Assembly (NCBI GenBank): GCA_965207885.1
Contig: OZ242311.1
Span: 960,001-1,024,000, forward strand
Direction: 5' to 3'
DNA length: 64,000 bases
Source of the DNA: Candidatus Latescibacterota bacterium
Lineage (GTDB): Bacteria > Latescibacterota > UBA2968
Shown here one piece after another: positions 18,965 through 26,556 of the stretch. The stretch's first letter is position 1. Every line of letters begins with the position of its first letter. The notes beneath the pieces are model-generated. The model did not search any database, was not told the origin of the DNA, and worked only from the letters and a program-made list of their open reading frames with translations. A program made the position numbers and the translations under genes.

Positions 18965-20341
18965 ATGTCTGATTCGCGTCCCAATATTCTCTACATTATG
19001 TCTGATGATCATACTGTGAATGCCATCAGTTGTTATAACGGATGGCTGAATGAGGTGGTGGATACACCGAATATTGACCGCATCGCTCGTGAGGGGATGC
19101 GGTTTGACAATTGTATTTGCAATAATGCGCTGTGTTCGCCGAGCAGGGCGAGTATTATTACGGGGCAATATAGCCATAAAAATGGGGTGTTGCGGTTGAA
19201 TCAACCGCTGAGTGACGATCACCCCAATTTTGTGCGGCAGTTGCAGGCTTCTGGATATCAAACGGGTATTGCGGGTAAGTGGCATTTGGGGTCTGATCCG
19301 GATGGGTTTGATTATTGGGAGGTGTTGCCGGGGCAGGGGGCTTATTTTGATCCGTCGTTTACGCGCAATGGCGAGCCGACGCAGTACGAGGGGTACGCGA
19401 CGGATATTATTACGGATTTATCGCTCAACTGGTTGAGGGCGCGCGATCCGGATAAGCCTTTTTTGATGCTGTGCCATCACAAAGCACCCCATGGTTTGTG
19501 GGAGTACGCGCCCCGTCATGCGGATTTGTTCACGGATGGGGATTTGCCCGAGCCGTCGAATTTGTATAAGCCGTTTGACAAGGTGTCCAGCGCGTTGGAG
19601 AATCACCACCGCACGATGCTCTCGCAGGCCGAGCGGATGGATGAGGGCGTCCGGGGAAGAGCGTGGCCTACGGGGCGGTTGGATACGACGGGGATGAATA
19701 CGACGGAGAAGATTCAGGCGGCTTATCAGAAGTATGTGAAGGATTATTTGCGGTGTATTGTGGCGATTGATGAGGGTGTGGGGCGGTTGCTGGATTTTCT
19801 GGATGAGGAGGGGTTGACGGAGAATACGATTGTGGTATATACTTCTGACCAGGGTATGTTTTTGGGCGAGCATTCGTATTTTGACAAGCGGTTGATTTTG
19901 GAAGAGTCACTGCTCATGCCTTATGTGATGCGGTATCCGAGAGCGATTGCACCGGGTTCGGTGAATGAGGATATTGTGGTGAATGTGGATTTTGGTGCGA
20001 CGTATCTCGATTTTGCAGGGTTGCAACCCGATGCAGAGGTGCAGGGCAGAAGTTTTCGCGCGCTGTGCGAAGGGGATACGCCAGAAGATTGGCGGCAGTC
20101 GGCTTTTTATGCGTATTGGGATGGGCCGACAAAGCACTATGGCGTGCGTACGCAAGACTATACGCTCGCAGTACATCGAACGGGCGAGCGCGATTTGTTC
20201 GATTTGGAAAAGGATCCCTGGGAGATGACGAGTGTGTACGGCGATCCGGCGTATGCCGATGTGCAGGCAGAGGTAGAAGCAGATCTGGCGCGGTTGATCG
20301 AGGAGATCGATATTAGTGCGGAGGAGTTGCCGCAGGAGTGA
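18965..20341 (+). CDS. Sulfatase (S1, N-acetylglucosamine-6-sulfatase-like)
   Basis: RPNILYIMSDDH, CSPSR, GKWHLG, HHKAPH, TSDQG.FLGEH..FDKR; AAGGAGG RBS. Confidence 0.92.
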   Translation: MSDSRPNILYIMSDDHTVNAISCYNGWLNEVVDTPNIDRIAREGMRFDNCICNNALCSPSRASIITGQYSHKNGVLRLNQPLSDDHPNFVRQLQASGYQTGIAGKWHLGSDPDGFDYWEVLPGQGAYFDPSFTRNGEPTQYEGYATDIITDLSLNWLRARDPDKPFLMLCHHKAPHGLWEYAPRHADLFTDGDLPEPSNLYKPFDKVSSALENHHRTMLSQAERMDEGVRGRAWPTGRLDTTGMNTTEKIQAAYQKYVKDYLRCIVAIDEGVGRLLDFLDEEGLTENTIVVYTSDQGMFLGEHSYFDKRLILEESLLMPYVMRYPRAIAPGSVNEDIVVNVDFGATYLDFAGLQPDAEVQGRSFRALCEGDTPEDWRQSAFYAYWDGPTKHYGVRTQDYTLAVHRTGERDLFDLEKDPWEMTSVYGDPAYADVQAEVEADLARLIEEIDISAEELPQE

Positions 20342-20343
20342 AG

Positions 20344-20586
20344 ATGTCGGATGAACGGGATATTGTGATAGCAGATGAATGGGATGCGGGACACATGGGG
20401 TGCGGCGAGGTTATTATTTTGCTCAGGATGCGGATGCAAAAGCTCGAGGAGGGCGAGGTTTTGAAGCTTACGGCGTATGATCCTGGCGCGCCTGTTGATT
20501 TGCCCGCCTGGTGTCGCCTGACTGGACGGCGGATGGTTCGCGCGGCTCACCCGTTTTACTGGATAGAACAGAAACCAAAAAAGTAA
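20344..20586 (+). CDS. TusA/SirA-like sulfur carrier protein
   Basis: WDAGHMGCGE...GEVLKLTAYDPGAPVDLPAWCRLTG, TusA fold pattern with CG in place of CPxP. Confidence 0.85.
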   Translation: MSDERDIVIADEWDAGHMGCGEVIILLRMRMQKLEEGEVLKLTAYDPGAPVDLPAWCRLTGRRMVRAAHPFYWIEQKPKK

Positions 20587-20596
20587 AGGAGTAAAA

Positions 20597-20959
20597 GTGG
20601 CTGGAAAATTCTGTGTTAGTTTGACTTGTGCGAAGGATGATACCGATAAAGCGACTGTGGCTTTTGTGGTTGCCAATGCCGCGCTGGGGTCGGAGAAGGA
20701 GACGCTCGTTTTTATGACTACGGAGGGGGTTCGTCTTTCTCAGAAGGGCTATGCCGACGATGTGGCGGAGGATGGCTTTTTGCCGTTGAAGGATCTCATG
20801 GATTTGTTTGTGGGTGGTGGGGGAACGATTTACGTGTGTGCGCCGTGTTTTAAGAAGCGCGGTTTGGATGAGAATAATCTGGTCGATGGGGCGATTATGG
20901 TTGGGGGCGCTGCGCTGGTGGAGTTTCTTTCCGATGGGACGCCCTGTATTACGTATTAG
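20597..20959 (+). CDS. DsrE/F-like protein
   Basis: ATVAFVVANAA, VFMTTEGV, GGTIYVCAPCFKKRG; AAGGAG RBS. Confidence 0.87.
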   Translation: MAGKFCVSLTCAKDDTDKATVAFVVANAALGSEKETLVFMTTEGVRLSQKGYADDVAEDGFLPLKDLMDLFVGGGGTIYVCAPCFKKRGLDENNLVDGAIMVGGAALVEFLSDGTPCITY

Positions 20960-20967
20960 GAGGTACG

Positions 20968-22464
20968 TTGGAGCCGATAGTACGACACGAATACGCGCCC
21001 GATGTCAGTTTTGATGGTGGGGATTTGGATTGTGGCGGCGGTTTGTTGCTGCTGATTCGCCGACATATCGATCCGCTGGCGCGCGGTGGGTTGTTAGAGA
21101 TTTTATCGACGGATGCGACGGTAGAGATCGAGTTGCCCGCATGGTGTCGGTTGACGAGCAATGAACTGGTATCGTGGACAAAGGTGGGGCGGCAGCGCAG
21201 TTATCTCGTTTGCAAGGGGCCGTTTGAGGACCGCGGGCGGGCTGTGGCTTCTGTTGGGGAGCAACTTCGGGTGGCGGTGACGATTCCCGATTCGCTGCCG
21301 GGGCCTGCGCCCGCGCCGGGGATTGCGCCGTTGTCTGTTATGGGTATTGGGAGTTGGCCGCGTCCCCGTTGGATGCTGCAGGCGGTGCACGATCGGCTCG
21401 AGGGCAGGCTGGATGACGCGGCGTTTCAGGCGACGGCGGATGATGCGGTGCGGCTTTGTATTGGCGCGCAGTCTCGCGCTGGGGTTGATGTGCTGACGGA
21501 TGGGGAGCAGCGTCGGGATAGTTATGCGAGTTTTGTGGGTGGGTTGCTGGATAATTGCCAGCTTATTCCGCTGAGCGATTTGACGGCGATGGTGGATGAT
21601 TCGGAGAAGTTTGAGCGGGAGTTGCGCGCGCTGGATGTTCCGGCGGCTGAGGTGCGGCATCCGGTGGTGTACGGGAAGTTGGGGAGGAGCCGTCCGCTGG
21701 CGGTTCACGAGTTTGAGTTTGCGAGTTCTTGTGTGGATAAGCCGGTGAAGGTGGCGCTGCCCGGGCCTTATTTGCTGACGCGTACGATGTGGCTGGATTG
21801 TCTCAGGGAGCGTCCGTACGAGTCGCGGGATGAACTGGCACGGGATGTGGTGCGGGTTTTGCGGGAGGAAGTTCATTTTTTGCTGGCGGCGGGTGTTGCG
21901 CTGGTGCAGTTCGATGAGCCGGTTTTGACAGAAGTGGTTTTTGGGGGTGCGACCGGGAATCGCAGTTTTATGTGTGGGGCTTTGAGCGAGAAGTTAGAGG
22001 CGTCGATGGAGCTTGACTTTGCGGTCGGTTTGTTGAATGAGGTTGTGCGGGGTCTGCCGGGGGAGCGGCTGGGACTGCATATTTGCCGGGGCAATTGGAC
22101 GCGGGATGAGTCCGCGGCGCTTTCCGGGGGGTATGGTGCGCTGATGGATGTGCTGAAGCGGGTGGATGTGGGGGCGCTGTTTCTGGAGCTTTGCACTGAG
22201 CGGGCTGGTGATGTGGATGTGTTGAAAGCGGTTCCGGAAGATAAGCGCGTGGGTGTTGGTGTGGTGAATCAGAAGCTGGATTCGGTGGAGTTGGTGGAAG
22301 ATATTCGGCGGCGAATTTCAGCGGCGATCAATCTGTTTGGAGAAGCGCGCGTTTTGCTGACACCGGATTGCGGTTTTGCCACGTTCGCCGATAATCCCGT
22401 GGCTTCGGCACATGTGGCGGAGGCAAAGTTGAAAGCGATTGTCGATGCACGCGATTTGATTTAA
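20968..22464 (+). CDS. Fusion: N-terminal TusA-like domain plus cobalamin-independent methionine synthase C-terminal (MetE-II-like) Zn barrel
   Basis: N-terminal FDGGDLDCGGGLLLLIR...LPAWCRLT; then IGSWPRP, TDGEQRR, PGP, VQFDEP, LHICRGN, LE, PDCGF Zn ligands; AGGAGG RBS. Confidence 0.87.
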   Translation: MEPIVRHEYAPDVSFDGGDLDCGGGLLLLIRRHIDPLARGGLLEILSTDATVEIELPAWCRLTSNELVSWTKVGRQRSYLVCKGPFEDRGRAVASVGEQLRVAVTIPDSLPGPAPAPGIAPLSVMGIGSWPRPRWMLQAVHDRLEGRLDDAAFQATADDAVRLCIGAQSRAGVDVLTDGEQRRDSYASFVGGLLDNCQLIPLSDLTAMVDDSEKFERELRALDVPAAEVRHPVVYGKLGRSRPLAVHEFEFASSCVDKPVKVALPGPYLLTRTMWLDCLRERPYESRDELARDVVRVLREEVHFLLAAGVALVQFDEPVLTEVVFGGATGNRSFMCGALSEKLEASMELDFAVGLLNEVVRGLPGERLGLHICRGNWTRDESAALSGGYGALMDVLKRVDVGALFLELCTERAGDVDVLKAVPEDKRVGVGVVNQKLDSVELVEDIRRRISAAINLFGEARVLLTPDCGFATFADNPVASAHVAEAKLKAIVDARDLI

Positions 22465-22536
22465 GAAAATCGAGACTTCATATCCGATTGCCGTTCTTTT
22501 GCTGTTTTTGTATTTCTGCATGAGAACCTCCTTTAG

Positions 22537-22565
22537 ACGCACAGGACAACCTGTGCGTTTTTTTT
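22537..22565 (+). terminator. Rho-independent terminator
   Basis: ACGCACAGG-acaa-CCTGTGCGT perfect 9-bp stem followed by a T run. Confidence 0.8.
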
Positions 22566-22593
22566 GTTATCACGCACTTTTACAGGGTATAAT
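22564..22593 (+). promoter_or_regulatory. Candidate sigma70 promoter reading into the defence island
   Basis: TTGTTA-N18-TATAAT directly after the terminator. Confidence 0.4.
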
Positions 22594-22890
22594 AGAGTGT
22601 AAGCATCGAGAAAATTAAAAACCATTAAAAACCCTAATGATATGTGTGGCGTCTATGCCAAAGGAAAATGTAACCGGCTTGTCCTATGTTGATTACGGAG
22701 TTCATTATATTTGCCGGAATGATCGTGAGATATTATTTTACGCGGGCGTCATGACTATTGTATATAGGTACCTCCGGGGTGATGTCAAAATCAAGCTACA
22801 TAGCGTATGACTTACACCACGATGCAGTAGCAAGTTGCCCCACCACAATTCAGTACCTATACTACCTGCAGCTGTAAGGAGGAAAACGCG

Positions 22891-24642
22891 ATGCGAGCAA
22901 CATTTGACAGCACAAAGAACGGTATTGGAGATATACTTAGTAAAGTGGACAATGGGAAGATGCAACTTCCTGACTTTCAGCGAGGCTGGGTCTGGGATGA
23001 CCATCACATCCGGGATCTCATAGCCAGCGTGTCGCTATCTTTTCCTATTGGAGCAGTGATGACGCTTGAAAATGGTGGCAAAGATGTGCGTTTCAATCCT
23101 CGGCCCATAGAAGGCACTGACGAATCAGTTAAACAGGTGCAACCTGAAACACTCATACTGGATGGACAGCAGCGACTCACCTCTCTTTTTCAAGCTCTCA
23201 AGGCTGAAAAAAAGCCTGTCGAGACAAGAGACTCTAAAGGAGAGAGAATTCAGCGGTGGTACTATTTGGATATGGAGAAGTGCGTTACAGACGATACTGA
23301 TCGCGAAGATGCGATTATTTCTATTCCGGAAGACCGACACTTAAAGGCATTTGGTAGAGAAGTAGTTCTTGACCTCTCTTCACCTGAAAGAGAATATGCT
23401 GAATCTATGTTCCCATTGTGTCAGATTTTCAACGCTGATGAATGGATGCAAGGTTACATTGAATACTGGGAATTAGATCGCGATAAATGGAATTTGTACA
23501 GACAGTTTAACGGTCAAGTTATTAAACGCTTTGAGCAGTATCAAGTCCCCGTGATTGAGCTTGACAAGGAAACTCCTAAGGAGGCAGTTTGTATCGTCTT
23601 TGAGAAGGTGAACACCGGAGGTGTAACACTTACCGTTTTTGAATTGCTTACCGCATCTTTTGCTGCGGACAATTTCCAACTTCGTGAAGACTGGGATAAA
23701 CGAAAGGTGCGATTGAAGGAAAAACATCCAGTATTATCCAATATCGAAAGCACCTCTTTTCTGCAAGCACTTACTCTGATTTCTACTAAAGAGAAGGGAA
23801 ACGCTGTTAGTTGCAAGCGCCGGGACATCCTACGTCTAACCGTCGATGATTACAAGAAATGGGCTAACCGCGTTGAAGACGGATTTGCCCGGGCTGCCAA
23901 ATTCATACATAGGCAAAAAATATTTAGCTTCAGGGATTTGCCATACAGGACTCAGCTAGTTCCTCTTGCGGCAATTCTTACAGACTTGGGAGATGTTGAT
24001 GATAAAGAAGGTCTAAATAAAAGAATCGCACGTTGGTACTGGTGTGGTGTGCTCGGCGAGATGTACAGTGGAGCTACAGAAACCCGCTTCGCTAACGACC
24101 TCGTGGAAGTAACGGAATGGATACGTGGTGGGACGGAAGAGCCGAGAACAATTCAGGATGCAAACTTCCAAGCGATCCGTCTGCTTACACTGAAGACTCG
24201 CAATAGTGCTGCGTATAAGGGTGTCTATGCGCTACTTATGAGCGATGGCAGCCGAGATTTCCGATCTGGTGTGACCATAGAAGAGGCGACCTTTTTTGAC
24301 GACAATATTGATATACATCACATATTTCCCAAAGCGTGGTGCAAAGGTCATAACATAGATAGCGATAAAGTTGATAGCATAATAAACAAAACGGCAATTT
24401 CCTCAAAAACGAATCGGAGTATTGGTGGACACGCACCTTCTGAATATCTACTTACCCTTGAGAAGGACGCAGGAATTGACGCTACTTCTATGGATTCGAT
24501 ACTTGCATCCCACTGTATCCCCGCCCAAGCATTGCGTAGTAATAACTTTGATCAGTTTTTTGCTCATCGCACAGAAGAATTAATTCAGAGGATTGAGAAA
24601 GCTATGGAAAAACAGGTAGTTCGTGATGAGGGCGAGTTTTAG
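22891..24642 (+). CDS. GmrSD-like (DUF262 + DUF1524/HNH) modification-dependent restriction endonuclease
   Basis: PDFQRGWVW, FPIG, LDGQQRLT, FEKVNTGG; C-terminal DIHHIFP...N......TN; AAGGAGG RBS. Confidence 0.87.
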   Translation: MRATFDSTKNGIGDILSKVDNGKMQLPDFQRGWVWDDHHIRDLIASVSLSFPIGAVMTLENGGKDVRFNPRPIEGTDESVKQVQPETLILDGQQRLTSLFQALKAEKKPVETRDSKGERIQRWYYLDMEKCVTDDTDREDAIISIPEDRHLKAFGREVVLDLSSPEREYAESMFPLCQIFNADEWMQGYIEYWELDRDKWNLYRQFNGQVIKRFEQYQVPVIELDKETPKEAVCIVFEKVNTGGVTLTVFELLTASFAADNFQLREDWDKRKVRLKEKHPVLSNIESTSFLQALTLISTKEKGNAVSCKRRDILRLTVDDYKKWANRVEDGFARAAKFIHRQKIFSFRDLPYRTQLVPLAAILTDLGDVDDKEGLNKRIARWYWCGVLGEMYSGATETRFANDLVEVTEWIRGGTEEPRTIQDANFQAIRLLTLKTRNSAAYKGVYALLMSDGSRDFRSGVTIEEATFFDDNIDIHHIFPKAWCKGHNIDSDKVDSIINKTAISSKTNRSIGGHAPSEYLLTLEKDAGIDATSMDSILASHCIPAQALRSNNFDQFFAHRTEELIQRIEKAMEKQVVRDEGEF

Positions 24643-24714
24643 TATTGTGAGTCAGTTAAATATTACGAATGACAGTTCCAAAGACAAAATAAAAGTATAG
24701 ATTAAAAACCACCC

Positions 24715-24821
24715 TCAAGGCACACACTACAGGGAGATAACCCTGTCAGATATGCTTAAATTTATCACACAAGACGACATGCATGTGAATGAATTGCCTC
24801 GGAAACCGCATGAGTGGATCA
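24715..24821 (+). pseudogene. Degenerate duplicate of the RBS and first ~26 codons of the cupin gene at 29213
   Basis: Ungapped alignment to 29185-29291, about 81/107 identical by hand count; translates LSDMLKFITQDDMHVNELPRKPHEWI versus MSDVLRFIRHDDVQVEELPWGPHEWI. Confidence 0.85.
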
Positions 24822-24852
24822 AGATTAGACGATACACTGCGAAGATTTGTCT

Positions 24853-26247
24853 ATGACCCTTGAGTACATCACATCTCTAATTGCAACTGGCGAGTCTGAG
24901 ACGCTGGAGTTCAAGCAGACGGCAGGAAGACGCCGCGAGGCTACTCAAACCATGTGTGCTATGCTCAATCACCGGGGAGGGCACGTCCTGTTTGGCGTTA
25001 CGCCGGAAGGAAATGTGACTGGCCAGCAGGTGAGTGATCGTACGGTTGAGGAGGTGAGTGAGGAGATCCAGAGGCTCGACCCGCCAGCCTTTCCCACAAT
25101 TGAGCGGGTTCCTGTAGAAGAAGGTCGGGAGGTGATTATGGTGAGCGTTAGTCAAGGTCAGATGAAGCCTTATAGCTACAAAGGCGTTGCCTATCGCCGG
25201 GTTGGAAATACCAATTTGAGTATGTCGCGCGACGAGTACAATCAAATGTTGTTCGAACGGATGCACAGCGAGCAGCGTTGGGAGAATCAGCCTGCCCCTG
25301 GCTGGTCAGTTGACGATCTCGACATAGCTGAGATCCATCGCTTGGTTGATGAAGCAATCCGCCGAGGACGCGCCGAGGATCCGGGGACACGCGAGCCAGA
25401 GGCATTGTTGCGAGGTCTTGGGTTAATCAAAGACGGCGCACTATTGCGTGCCGCGGTCGTGCTATTTGGAACTACCGAACGGATTGAGGCTGAGATGCCT
25501 CAGTGCCTGCTCCGGGTTGCTCGTTTTCGTGGCGTTGATCGCACGGATTTTCTCGACAACCGACAGTTTCGCGGCAACGCTTTCACCTTGCTTACAAGGG
25601 CAGAGCGTTTTATGATCGAAAATTTACCTATAGCCGGGCGCATCATCCCAAATCTCTTCGAGCGGGTAGATGAGCCGCTCTATCCGCCAGTCGCGCTACG
25701 CGAGGCATTGGCGAACGCACTATGCCATCGGGATTACTCAATCGGCGGTGGCTCGGTGGCCGTGGCGATATACGACGACCGCCTCGAGGTGACTTCGTCC
25801 GGTTCGCTGCATTTTGGGTTGACTGCGGAGAAATTGTTTGAGACGCACGAGTCGCTGCCCTGGAATCCCTTGATCGCTGGTGTATTCTACCGACGGGGCA
25901 TTATTGAGCAATGGGGACGCGGTACTATCAAGATGGCGGAACTGACGACATCTGCCGGTTTGCCGCAGCCTGAGATTGAGGATGTGTCCGGTTGTGTGAC
26001 GGTGCGCTTTCGCCCCAGCCAATATGTACCCCCCCAGCGCGTGGGACGAGATTTGACCGAGCGGCAACAGGCGATTCTCGCTATGCTGGATCCGGCAGGA
26101 CAGGGTCTGGCACTGCGCGAGATATACGCCCAGATGAAGTTGCAGGCCACCGAGCGGCAGGTGCGTGAAGACTTGGCTATTCTTAAGATGCTCGGGCTGG
26201 CTGTACCTACAGGCCGTGGGCGAGGAGCAAGGTGGAATCGTTTGTAA
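24853..26247 (+). CDS. AlbA_2 (Schlafen-like) + HATPase_c_4 + C-terminal wHTH protein
   Basis: ESETLEFK, AMLNHRGG.VLFGV, LREALANALCHRDY, DDRLEVTSSG, NPLIA, EQWGRG, C-terminal HTH. Confidence 0.87.
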   Translation: MTLEYITSLIATGESETLEFKQTAGRRREATQTMCAMLNHRGGHVLFGVTPEGNVTGQQVSDRTVEEVSEEIQRLDPPAFPTIERVPVEEGREVIMVSVSQGQMKPYSYKGVAYRRVGNTNLSMSRDEYNQMLFERMHSEQRWENQPAPGWSVDDLDIAEIHRLVDEAIRRGRAEDPGTREPEALLRGLGLIKDGALLRAAVVLFGTTERIEAEMPQCLLRVARFRGVDRTDFLDNRQFRGNAFTLLTRAERFMIENLPIAGRIIPNLFERVDEPLYPPVALREALANALCHRDYSIGGGSVAVAIYDDRLEVTSSGSLHFGLTAEKLFETHESLPWNPLIAGVFYRRGIIEQWGRGTIKMAELTTSAGLPQPEIEDVSGCVTVRFRPSQYVPPQRVGRDLTERQQAILAMLDPAGQGLALREIYAQMKLQATERQVREDLAILKMLGLAVPTGRGRGARWNRL

Positions 26248-26327
26248 CTTGAGATGTTGGCTCAAGTCTGGCTCATTAAGGGCTTATTCTCAAACTTTCT
26301 GATGAAACTACTTGTAAATAAAAGGTT

Positions 26328-26366
26328 TGGCTAATTCTGGCTAATTCTGGCTAATTCTGGCTAATT
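26328..26366 (+). repeat. Tandem 10-bp repeat (TGGCTAATTC)x~4
   Basis: tggctaattc tggctaattc tggctaattc tggctaatt; related half-copies at ~26258-26290. Confidence 0.9.
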
Positions 26367-26556
26367 AGAGGCTTATTTGAGGAAGGCAGGACGTGACACT
26401 CTTTTAACACTGTTGCGTCAGGTGTTAAAATCAATGCCTCATACACCCTGCACATCGCTGTCAAAGATGCCAGAAATATCCCGAGAGGTAGTTTCAGGTA
26501 ATCTTCAACACCGCAGTTGCACACTAAATACATGATAGATCGAAAGGTATAAAGGT

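Noticed and set aside
22318-22542. Minus-strand ORF with a strong AAGGAGG RBS before MQKYKNSKRTAIGYEVSIFL
   Set aside because: It runs antisense into the MetE-like gene after ~19 codons; it may be a remnant gene start but cannot be supported as a gene
22638-22811. 57-codon ORF ahead of the GmrSD-like gene
   Set aside because: No RBS or recognisable motif; may be decayed sequence
26328-26366. Possible CRISPR array
   Set aside because: 10-bp units with no spacers and no cas genes; the dispersed GTCA palindromes are also not arrayed
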